Source of the DNA: an uncultured Gammaproteobacteria bacterium
Lineage (GTDB): Bacteria > Pseudomonadota > Gammaproteobacteria > Pseudomonadales > Azotimanducaceae
Reading direction: 5' to 3'
NCBI GenBank assembly: GCA_913050035.1
Contig: CAJXAC010000003.1
Coordinates: 399 to 64,398 of the forward strand
DNA length: 64,000 bases
The first letter of the stretch is position 1. The number at the start of each line of letters is the position of its first letter. Below are positions 10,291 through 18,671 of the stretch, in pieces. A program made the position numbers and the translations under genes. The notes under the pieces were generated by a model that did not search any database, was not told the origin of the DNA, and worked only from the letters and a program-made list of their open reading frames with translations.

Positions 10291-11091
10291 ATGCAATTGG
10301 ACGGCAAATTAGCGGTAATCACGGGCGGTATCAGTGGGCTTGGACGGGCAACGGCGGAGCGTTTTGCCAAAGAGGGAGCTCAGGTTGTTATTGCGGATAT
10401 CAATGCCGAAAAAGGTGAAACGGCAGCTCAGGAGATGTCTGCCGGTGGTGCGGCAATTGAATTTATTGCGGTGAATGTAGCGGATGAGAGTAGCCAACAA
10501 GCGCTGTTTGACGATGTAGTGCGACGCTACGGGCAACTCGATATTGTAGTTGCCGCCGCAGGTATTTCCTCAGCAGGCTATGTTAGCGGTGAGGTTTCCG
10601 CCCCGGCTGAAGACCCTGAAGATAATTTTTTGTTCAACAAACCTATCGCAGATTGGCAGCGCGTGCTGGATGTCAATCTGACCGGGGTGGCGATCACCGA
10701 CCGTCTAGCGGCACGTCACATGTTAGCCCTAGGAACCAGCGGTTCGATCATCAATATCGCGTCTATCGCGGGCAAGCGTCCGTTACCTGGTGCTGCGGAT
10801 TATTGCGTCTCCAAGGCTGGAGTCATTATGTTGACCACTGTCTTCGCCACAGAACTTGCGACCAAGAATATTCGCGTTAACGCTATTGGACCTGGATTTA
10901 TTGAAACGCCAATGACCGCAAGTATTCGCCAGTCGCCTGAGTGGGTGCAGACGGTAATGCAAATGACACCAATGCAACGGTTTGGGCAGGCCCACGAAAT
11001 TGCCAATACGGCGCTGTTTTTAGCCAGCGATGAATCCAGCTATGTGTCCGGCCAAACCCTGTATCCTAGTGGCGGTATGTATACCGGCTAG
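10291..11091 (+). CDS. SDR family oxidoreductase (3-oxoacyl reductase-like)
   Basis: TGGISGLG cofactor motif, YCVSK catalytic motif, PGFIETPM. Confidence 0.9.
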   Translation: MQLDGKLAVITGGISGLGRATAERFAKEGAQVVIADINAEKGETAAQEMSAGGAAIEFIAVNVADESSQQALFDDVVRRYGQLDIVVAAAGISSAGYVSGEVSAPAEDPEDNFLFNKPIADWQRVLDVNLTGVAITDRLAARHMLALGTSGSIINIASIAGKRPLPGAADYCVSKAGVIMLTTVFATELATKNIRVNAIGPGFIETPMTASIRQSPEWVQTVMQMTPMQRFGQAHEIANTALFLASDESSYVSGQTLYPSGGMYTG

Positions 11092-11100
11092 GCCTTGCGG

Positions 11101-12114
11101 TTACCAAATAGAATCATAGGCGCTAAGGCTGGCAGTGCCACCGGTATGAATGAATACAACGTGCTCGTGGTTATCGAAATTGCCTAGGGTGATCTGATCG
11201 ATTAAGCCAGCAGCGGCTTTGCCAGAGTATACCGGGTCTAACAAAATACCTTCGAGGGCTGCGAACATTTTTATGGCATCCAGGCCTGCTTGGGTAGGTT
11301 GGCCATAGGCACCGCCGAAATAAGCATGATTGATGTGTATGGGTAGGTTTTCGATAGACTGCACAACATCAAAACGATCTTGCATTGATCGTAGCAAGCC
11401 AGTTATGCGCTGCTTAAGTGTATCCGGGTCAGGGTGAAAGACGTTTATGCCTAAAATATCTACGCCATAATCTTGAGCGGCATTACCAAATACCAGACCG
11501 GCTTGTGTTCCTGCACTGGCTGAAGCGTGAACAATTTGGGTTAGCGTGAACGGCGCCTGCCACATCAATTCGCTAATACAGCGGCTATAGCCTAGCGCGC
11601 CAATGGCGTTGGAGCCGCCGGCAGGGATTTGGTAAACCTTTTTTCCCTGCTGTTCTAGGCTACTTAAGATATGCAGGCGGCCCTCTTCAAAATCGTCCAG
11701 CTCGAAAGTATGGATGTGAGCGTTTAGTAGATGGTTGAACAGCATGTTGCCGTTATGCTGATAGTTTTGATCGCTTCGATCTACTCTGCGACTCAGCAGC
11801 AGGTGACATTCCATCCCTAACTTGGCACACGCCGCAGCGGTTTGTCTTGCATGATTAGACTGCACTGCACCGTAGCTCACTATTGTGTCCGCTCCGTGTT
11901 GTTGTGCATCAGCAATCAGGTATTCCAGCTTGCGGGTTTTATTGCCTCCGGTGGCAAGGCCGCTACAGTCATCCCGCTTGACCCAAATTTTTGGTCCACC
12001 AAGTTCAGCACTGAGCCGCGGTAGCGGCTCTAAAGGTGTTGGCCAGTGGCCCAGCGGCACAATTGGCTGGGCTGCCAGCCAGTCCGGGGCATTAAAGGTA
12101 TTCGCTGCTGTCAC
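11101..12114 (-). CDS. PLP-dependent D-cysteine desulfhydrase / ACC deaminase family protein
   Basis: GGNKTRKLEYLIADAQQHGADTIVSYGAVQSNHARQTAAACAKLG matches the DcyD/AcdS PLP-lysine region. Confidence 0.8.
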   Translation of the reverse strand: MTAANTFNAPDWLAAQPIVPLGHWPTPLEPLPRLSAELGGPKIWVKRDDCSGLATGGNKTRKLEYLIADAQQHGADTIVSYGAVQSNHARQTAAACAKLGMECHLLLSRRVDRSDQNYQHNGNMLFNHLLNAHIHTFELDDFEEGRLHILSSLEQQGKKVYQIPAGGSNAIGALGYSRCISELMWQAPFTLTQIVHASASAGTQAGLVFGNAAQDYGVDILGINVFHPDPDTLKQRITGLLRSMQDRFDVVQSIENLPIHINHAYFGGAYGQPTQAGLDAIKMFAALEGILLDPVYSGKAAAGLIDQITLGNFDNHEHVVFIHTGGTASLSAYDSIW

Positions 12115-12118
12115 AATA

Positions 12119-13039
12119 CTATTGCTCCGAAAGGGCGGGTTGCGCGCCGTGGTGAGTTAAGCACTGGCGGGCCAGAGCGATACCCGACTCGATTGCCGCG
12201 TCCAAATGAGTCAGCGGCTGCTTGGTATCTCTGAGTAACTGGCTCACCACGCCAGCGGTGAAGGCATCGCCACAGCCGGTGGGATCGACAACCGACGACA
12301 CTTCCTGCACCGGGTAATGCTTACTTTCGCCTGAGCTTAAAAGCACTTCAACCGCCGCTGCGCCGCGGGTAATGATGGTGGTCTTGGTCGAAAGAACCTC
12401 CGCTGCATGGGTGCGAATATGATTAGCTTCATGCTCATTCACCACTAGCCAATGGGCATATTTTGCACATGCGGTAAGCATGGCAGCATCCATCTGGTCG
12501 GTAAATTGCCCAGGACACCAAACCACCAAGGCGGAAGGATTGTGCCGATGAATAAAGGCCATAGTGCCCAGCATTAAATCTGGTGGGAACGGTGCGCACA
12601 GCAGTAACCGGCAACTTGTTAGCTGTGCGGTCATCGCCGCGAGGTGTTCGCCCCAGGCGGTAACGGCAACGTCTGGCCCTGAATGGAAGGCGGTAAATTG
12701 CTGATGGTTTGGGTCGCTGAGGATATAGGCGGTAGCGCAACGCGCGCGCGTATCTCTTAAAACGCCAGTTAAATCCACGAGCTTTGCTCGCAGTGCGGTT
12801 TGATAGCGTGCGTCATCACTGCCGGTAATGCTCAATAACAGTGGTGGGTGTCCTAACCCACTCAGGTGAAAAGCTAAATTGCCGCCGCAGCCGCCCAGAT
12901 GCTCGTTGGGTGCGCTGACTTTGCAATTCAGGCCAGGCCCGCCGGGGCCGAAGGCATGTTGGGTTGTTGCGATGCGGTCATAGGCCAGCGCCCCTAATAC
13001 CGCCACGGGTGCATTGTTAGGCACGTTTTTTGTCAACAA
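12119..13039 (-). CDS. PfkB family carbohydrate/nucleoside kinase
   Basis: C-terminal PfkB signature DPTGCGDAFTAG. It ends 4 nt before the downstream desulfhydrase-like gene. Confidence 0.8.
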   Translation of the reverse strand: MLTKNVPNNAPVAVLGALAYDRIATTQHAFGPGGPGLNCKVSAPNEHLGGCGGNLAFHLSGLGHPPLLLSITGSDDARYQTALRAKLVDLTGVLRDTRARCATAYILSDPNHQQFTAFHSGPDVAVTAWGEHLAAMTAQLTSCRLLLCAPFPPDLMLGTMAFIHRHNPSALVVWCPGQFTDQMDAAMLTACAKYAHWLVVNEHEANHIRTHAAEVLSTKTTIITRGAAAVEVLLSSGESKHYPVQEVSSVVDPTGCGDAFTAGVVSQLLRDTKQPLTHLDAAIESGIALARQCLTHHGAQPALSEQ

Positions 13040-13298
13040 AGATCTCCGCCGCAGCCCACAGCGTTACCTTGGCGCGGGTTTTCAGTGGCAGGTCTCTCGC
13101 TGTCTCCAAGCGTGATAAGAACCGGCCTAACCGGGGCTGTTTTGCCAGCTGTCGGGCCATAAAGGGAGAGGCGCTGGCTAGACAAATTGTGCCGATGGCA
13201 AAGAAGATAAAACCAGGCATTAGCGGAACCGCGAGACCAATAAAGCCCAGAACCATGCACAAGCTACCGATAATGCCGAGAGAGATACGTACAATCAT
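13017..13298 (-). CDS. YbaN/DUF454 family small inner-membrane protein
   Basis: 93 aa with two hydrophobic helices. GIIGSLCMVLGFIGLAVPLMPGFIFFAIG resembles YbaN. It overlaps the start of the PfkB gene. Confidence 0.6.
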   Translation of the reverse strand: MIVRISLGIIGSLCMVLGFIGLAVPLMPGFIFFAIGTICLASASPFMARQLAKQPRLGRFLSRLETARDLPLKTRAKVTLWAAAEIFVDKKRA

Positions 13299-13486
13299 AA
13301 AAGTTGCAAGGTTGCTGATTTACAGACAAGTAAGCATGAACCGTACCAAAAGATAGGCTCCATGGGCATGGGTCTTGGAGGGTATTTTTTCCAACGCTTG
13401 CATTATTTCGCCAAAAAATGGCAAAAAGACCTTATGTGGTTTCGTTAATTCTCGCTTAGTCCATGCCCTGGCTTGGGAGTCCAATC

Positions 13487-14131
13487 ATGCTCACGATTGA
13501 AATTTTTTCTGACGTCATCTGCCCATGGTGCTTTATTGGTAAGCGCCGCTTGGATAAAGCGCTTGATGGAGAAACAGGCGCAGGGGTCACTGTGCGGTGG
13601 CGCCCCTATCAGTTATATCCGCATGCGCCGATCGAGGGTTGGGATCGTCAGGATTTTATGCAGCGACGTTATGGCGCAGCGGCTGAATCTGGGCGAGTGC
13701 CCAGTCGGATTCGCGAAGAAGCCGAGCAAGAGGGGCTCGACTTGCGCTATGACCTTATCAGGCGAGTGCCAAATACACTGTTAGCACACCGCTTAATGGA
13801 GCTAGCCGAATTAAAGGACAGTCAACACGCGTTAGCAGAGGCCCTGTTCGTCGGTTATTTCTGCAATGGCGAGGACGTTGGTGATATCGATACCCTTGCT
13901 GGTATAGGCGCGCAAGTGGGATTAGACCCCAATGAGACCCACAAGCTGCTCGCCGGCGACTTTGCCCAAGAGGAGGTGCAACAGCAGTTGCAACGGGCAC
14001 CGGAATTGGGTGTGGTTGGGGTACCAGGTTACGTGCTCGGCGGTGGGTTTTTGTTGCCCGGGGCGCAAAGCGTGGACACCATGCAGCAGATTATAACGCG
14101 AGCAAAGTTACGTCTCGGTAATGGGTTATAG
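13487..14131 (+). CDS. DsbA-family oxidoreductase (FrnE / 2-hydroxychromene-2-carboxylate isomerase-like)
   Basis: IEIFSDVICPWCFIGKRRL with a CPWC motif. ATG at 13487 follows GGGAG. Confidence 0.8.
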   Translation: MLTIEIFSDVICPWCFIGKRRLDKALDGETGAGVTVRWRPYQLYPHAPIEGWDRQDFMQRRYGAAAESGRVPSRIREEAEQEGLDLRYDLIRRVPNTLLAHRLMELAELKDSQHALAEALFVGYFCNGEDVGDIDTLAGIGAQVGLDPNETHKLLAGDFAQEEVQQQLQRAPELGVVGVPGYVLGGGFLLPGAQSVDTMQQIITRAKLRLGNGL

Positions 14132-15001
14132 ATCGGCGAATCCTTTGACATGGTCCATATCGTGGGCCGGGATCTGATCATGGGGATCACCTACAACTTT
14201 TGCCGGAATCCCCGCCACCGTGACGTTAGGCGGCACATCGTTGAGCACCACGCTGCCTGCTCCGACTTTGGCGTTAACGCCTACCTCGATATTGCCGATG
14301 ATCTTGCAGCCCGCAGACAGCAGCACGCCGCGGCGAATTTTCGGGTGTCGGTCACCACTGGTTTTACCGGTTCCTCCCAGCGTTACAGAGTGCAGGATTG
14401 ATACGTCATCTTCGACTACCGCGGTTTCACCGATAACAATACCTGTGGCGTGATCAAGCATGATGCCTGAACCTACGGTTGCAGCTGGGTGGAGATCCAC
14501 TCCCAGAGTTACGCTGATCTGGTTTTGAAAAAATTGCGCCAATGTGCGCCGTTCTTTTTTCCACAACCAATGGGCAATGCGGTGCGCCTGTAGGGCATGG
14601 AAACCCTTAAAGAATAAAAACGAACTGGATAAATCGTCGCAGGCAGGGTCGCGTGTATAGGTTGCAATGATGTCGATTTCCGCAGAGCTCAGAATCTCGG
14701 CATCATCATGGGTAGCCTCGGCTATGACGTCGCGGATTAACATTGTTGGCAACATGGGGTTGTCGAGTTTGCTCGCCAGACGAAAACTCAGTGCATCGCC
14801 AAACGTGCGATGATTCAGAATTGTGGCGTGGAAATAGCTGCCTAGAATAGGCTCTTCTTTAGCCTTGCGTTCGGCTTCTTCGCGCATCAGTGGCCATAGG
14901 TCTTCTGGACCGCTTATGGTTTTTAGCTCATCTTTTTCCGATCCGGCAATGATCTGCGCGAAACGCTGTTCGCTGTCGATGAGGTTGCTAACCTGAGCCA
15001 T
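14126..15001 (-). CDS. cysE: serine O-acetyltransferase
   Basis: SATase N-domain plus hexapeptide repeats (GIVIGETAVVEDDVSILHSVTLGGTGK...DRHPKI). Start chosen at MAQVSN (15001). The upstream in-frame extension to 15109 would overlap the nadK promoter region. Confidence 0.85.
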   Translation of the reverse strand: MAQVSNLIDSEQRFAQIIAGSEKDELKTISGPEDLWPLMREEAERKAKEEPILGSYFHATILNHRTFGDALSFRLASKLDNPMLPTMLIRDVIAEATHDDAEILSSAEIDIIATYTRDPACDDLSSSFLFFKGFHALQAHRIAHWLWKKERRTLAQFFQNQISVTLGVDLHPAATVGSGIMLDHATGIVIGETAVVEDDVSILHSVTLGGTGKTSGDRHPKIRRGVLLSAGCKIIGNIEVGVNAKVGAGSVVLNDVPPNVTVAGIPAKVVGDPHDQIPAHDMDHVKGFADL

Positions 15002-15153
15002 GAAGCCCTCCATTCGCTCTTTGGCGTGTATCAGCCTGAGGAGCGTAGACAGATTTGCTTTGATTGCAAGCATTGTCGCGCTCAAAACCCGTGTGTAAGG
15101 TGGGTACAAAATTTTGGATACACTGCGCGTTCATCCGTGAGAACAGTAAGCAC

Positions 15154-16059
15154 ATGGGTTCACAACAAGAAAAAATAAGCTTCCGGCGGGTCGGTGTAGT
15201 GGCCCGGCACCACACCGAGACCATACTCGACAGCGTTCTAAATGTTGAAGCGGTCCTGCAAGAGGCGCGCATTGATGTCGTGGTAGATGCTGATACAGCG
15301 GCGGTATTGCCTAACGGCGTGCATAGCGTAGTAGACAAATCTGCGCTGGAGAGCTTGGATTTGGTGGTTGTGGTAGGTGGCGACGGCAGCCTGCTTGGCT
15401 ATGGTCGCGACCTAGCGGCCTCCGGGGTTCCGGTAGTTGGCGTAAACCGAGGAGGGTTGGGCTTTCTTGCTGCGGTTTCGCCAGAGCAGATCGACGGGTC
15501 ATTCGCGCAAATTCTGCGTGGTGATTTTGCCATTGAGGAACACTTTTTATTACAGGCCTCAGTAAACCGCGAGGGTCAGGTGATCGCCAAGCAGAGCGCC
15601 CTGAATGATGTGGTGGTGAATCCGGGTAGCCCGGCACGAATGATGGAGTTTGCATTGTGGGTAGACGATGAATACGTCTATGACCAGCGCTCGGACGGTC
15701 TTATTATCGCCAGTCCCACTGGTTCAACGGCCTACGCACTATCAGCGGGTGGACCGATAATGCACCCTGGCTTAGACGCGATCGTAATCGTGCCGATGTT
15801 TCCGCATACACTGACATCACGGCCGCTAGTGGTGCCTGGCGAAAAAGTGTTGCGCTTACGTCTGTTGGATGTCTCAGATGCGGAGCCGCAAATGAGCTGT
15901 GATTCTCAGGTCCATGTAGAACTGCAGATCGGCGACGAGATAGTTATTGAAAAGCACGCGGCGCCACTGCGATTACTGTACCCGCCGGGTCACAGTTTTT
16001 ATCAATCCTGCCGCAGTAAATTGGATTGGGGTAGTCGCCTTGGCGGGCAACGCTCCTAG
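15154..16059 (+). CDS. nadK: NAD kinase
   Basis: GGDGSLL motif, NRGGLGFL, PTGSTAYALSAGGPI. ATG at 15154. Confidence 0.9.
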   Translation: MGSQQEKISFRRVGVVARHHTETILDSVLNVEAVLQEARIDVVVDADTAAVLPNGVHSVVDKSALESLDLVVVVGGDGSLLGYGRDLAASGVPVVGVNRGGLGFLAAVSPEQIDGSFAQILRGDFAIEEHFLLQASVNREGQVIAKQSALNDVVVNPGSPARMMEFALWVDDEYVYDQRSDGLIIASPTGSTAYALSAGGPIMHPGLDAIVIVPMFPHTLTSRPLVVPGEKVLRLRLLDVSDAEPQMSCDSQVHVELQIGDEIVIEKHAAPLRLLYPPGHSFYQSCRSKLDWGSRLGGQRS

Positions 16060-16067
16060 CAATATCC

Positions 16068-16676
16068 CTATTGGGGTAGGTCGGTGGGATAATCGATGTC
16101 CTGAATGATCCCGGTATCATTGCAGTCAAAGTAATCGATTTGATTGCCCCGACGCTTTACTAACCGTCGTGCGCCCTCATCTCCGCTACTGGTCCTTACC
16201 TCATGGAACAATTGCCGGTGGATGCCAATGGGGTGGCCTTGCTTTCGCTCTAGAGGCTGGTCTCCTGTAGCGGTCAGGCGTGGTTGGATCAGTGGCGCGG
16301 TGCTGTTTTGTGCATGGGCGAAAAGGCCGGCTAAGGTCTTCTGCGCTACATAAGGCATGTCCAAGAGTGCAACGAAGGCCCAAGTCCAATCCAGATCAGT
16401 AAAGCCGGCGCTCAGTGAATGCCCCATACCCTTATGCGCTAGCGGTGCGCGCACGATCTCTAAGTTTGGATGATTTGGTAAATCGATTCCGAGCTGATTA
16501 GGGTTGTCTTCTGGGCGTAATACCAAGCGTACGTTTGAAAAGACTGGGCAGTAGCGGGCAAGTGTAGTGGCTGCAACCGTCTTACGGTCCAGCAATTCTA
16601 TGCGCTTATCCCGGCCAAACCGCCGGCTGAAGCCGGCCCCGAGAATTACACAGCCGATGGTCGGGAGCGCAGCCAT
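16068..16676 (-). CDS. MobA/MocA-like nucleotidyltransferase (molybdenum cofactor cytidylyl/guanylyl transferase family)
   Basis: N-terminal GCVILGAGFSRRFGRDK is the NTP_transf_3-type motif. It lies directly downstream of xdhC. Confidence 0.7.
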   Translation of the reverse strand: MAALPTIGCVILGAGFSRRFGRDKRIELLDRKTVAATTLARYCPVFSNVRLVLRPEDNPNQLGIDLPNHPNLEIVRAPLAHKGMGHSLSAGFTDLDWTWAFVALLDMPYVAQKTLAGLFAHAQNSTAPLIQPRLTATGDQPLERKQGHPIGIHRQLFHEVRTSSGDEGARRLVKRRGNQIDYFDCNDTGIIQDIDYPTDLPQ

Positions 16677-16681
16677 TTAAA

Positions 16682-17695
16682 TCAGGCGCTTGCGGAGCTT
16701 TTCTCAGTAGATGGGCTTACTGCACTAGCTTCGAGGTGCTGGGTTTTACGTTCAGCTGTAATCTCAGCAAGAACCGCAATAGCGATCTCCGGAGGCGTTT
16801 TACTGCCGATGGGCAGGCCTATAGGTGCGTGTAAACGCGACAGCGCGTGTTCCGAGACATCCAGCGCCAGCAATCGCTCGCGGCGACTCGCAGAGGTACG
16901 AGAGGAGCCCATGGCGCCCACATAGAAGGCCTGAGTATTCAATGCCTCCATCAGGCCCATATCGTCAATTCGCGGGTCGTGGGTCATTGCCACGATAGCG
17001 GTGGCATGATCATCGGCATGGGTGCGAACCGCATCGTCAGGCATGTCGCATACTTTCATAACCCCGTCGACGGGAAACTGCTCAAGCAGGTCCTCTCGTG
17101 GATCGCAGACGGTTACTTGGTAATCCAACATCTTTGCCATGTCCGCCAGATATTGACTCACCATACCGGCACCGATAATGAATAACTGATAGCTTGGGCC
17201 GTAGGTATGCTGCAGCACTTGATGCTCGCCTGACCAACTCAATGGTGCAGGCTCAGTAGCTGGCGCCAATTGCACAGTGTTTTTAGCAACGTCGATGCTA
17301 CGTAAAACCCAGCAGCGCTCGTTTAATGCCTGATACAACTGATCGAACTGTTCTATTGTTTGCGCGTCTGGCTGTTGCGGTTCGATCACGATGTTGAGAT
17401 GACCACCGCAGGGTAACCCGAATTTTTCGGTATCTTCGGCAGTAACCCCGTAACGGAAGAACTGAGGGTGTTCAGCCGCCAGTTCACCGGCCAAAAGTTT
17501 GTCTTTGAGGTCATCCTCAACGCAGCCACCAGATAGCGAACCCACCATTACACCGTCGCTGTTGCAGGCCAGTAAGGAACCGATGGGGCGTGGCGAAGAG
17601 CCCCAGGTTTCTACCACCGTGGCCAGCCAGCAGTGGTCGCCGTTGCGCAACCAAGTTAAAACTTGGTTTATGACTTCTTTGTCGACAGCTTGCAT
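16682..17695 (-). CDS. XdhC/CoxI family molybdoenzyme maturation protein
   Basis: N-terminal XdhC region (CWLATVVETWGSSPRPIGS) and a C-terminal Rossmann-like LFIIGAGMVSQYLADMA. Confidence 0.8.
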   Translation of the reverse strand: MQAVDKEVINQVLTWLRNGDHCWLATVVETWGSSPRPIGSLLACNSDGVMVGSLSGGCVEDDLKDKLLAGELAAEHPQFFRYGVTAEDTEKFGLPCGGHLNIVIEPQQPDAQTIEQFDQLYQALNERCWVLRSIDVAKNTVQLAPATEPAPLSWSGEHQVLQHTYGPSYQLFIIGAGMVSQYLADMAKMLDYQVTVCDPREDLLEQFPVDGVMKVCDMPDDAVRTHADDHATAIVAMTHDPRIDDMGLMEALNTQAFYVGAMGSSRTSASRRERLLALDVSEHALSRLHAPIGLPIGSKTPPEIAIAVLAEITAERKTQHLEASAVSPSTEKSSASA

Positions 17696-17750
17696 TCCAT
17701 CACTCTCAATAAAATTGGCTTTGCTATTATGCGCCTAAGTTTAACCCAAC

Positions 17751-18614
17751 TTGGGCAAAGCGGTGATTGCAGGTCAACTCGATGGTTTACGTATAACAGC
17801 GCCGCCAATAGCGGGCGATGCGCGCTATGAGTTAGCCATTGGTGCGGAGCGCGTGCATTTGAATGACCTGCTGGGACGCGGGTTACGCATAAAACTGCGC
17901 CCGCAAAAACATTGCAGACATTGCCAAAAGGCTGTCACCAAATTCCAGCGCGGCGGGTACTGTGGCGACTGCTTTTTCGCTCTAGCGCGATGTGATACCT
18001 GCTTTGTAAATCCGCAGCGATGTCACTTTGCTTTAGGGACCTGCCGTGAGCCCGATTGGGGTATGCAAACCTGTATGCAGCCCCATGTGGTGTATCTAGC
18101 CAATAGTGGTGGTCTAAAGGTAGGCCTCACTCAAGACCAAAAGCAGCAACAACGCTGGCTTTCCCAGGGAGCAACTCAGGGCCTAGTTATTGCCCAGGCG
18201 ACGAGCCGCCGTGCCGCGGGGATTTTGGAAGCCACAATTGCGCAGCAGATTAGTGACCGTACACAATGGCGTAAAATGGTCGCCCTACCGCCCGTGCCGG
18301 TTGACTTGCAAGAGCTGCGGCAACGCTTGCAGCAATCGGTAGAGTTACCCGCGGACTGCCAGTGGGTAACGGATGCAACCGAGCAGCAGTTAACCTATCC
18401 TGTGCAGGCGTACGCACCGCCGCGACAGCACCAACTCAATGCAGATAAGCTTGAGCTTGCCGACAATCTAGTTGGTATAAAAGGCCAATATCTCTTGCTG
18501 CAGCATGGTGTATTTAATGTGGCAAGACATGTTGGGCTCAATGTTGAACTCAACATAACGACACCGATTTCAGTATTGGAAGCTCATCAGAGCGATCAGT
18601 TGTCGCTGTTTTAA
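17751..18614 (+). CDS. DUF2797-like Cys-rich protein
   Basis: 287 aa with a zinc-ribbon-like cluster CRHCQKAV...YCGDCFFALARCDTC. Its position upstream of pepN is as I recall for DUF2797. Non-ATG (TTG) start. Confidence 0.55.
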   Translation: MGKAVIAGQLDGLRITAPPIAGDARYELAIGAERVHLNDLLGRGLRIKLRPQKHCRHCQKAVTKFQRGGYCGDCFFALARCDTCFVNPQRCHFALGTCREPDWGMQTCMQPHVVYLANSGGLKVGLTQDQKQQQRWLSQGATQGLVIAQATSRRAAGILEATIAQQISDRTQWRKMVALPPVPVDLQELRQRLQQSVELPADCQWVTDATEQQLTYPVQAYAPPRQHQLNADKLELADNLVGIKGQYLLLQHGVFNVARHVGLNVELNITTPISVLEAHQSDQLSLF

Positions 18615-18671
18615 CCATTAAAGATGGCGTTCAGCGCGATGCCCGTTTATTGACAACTCATAGGAACAACC

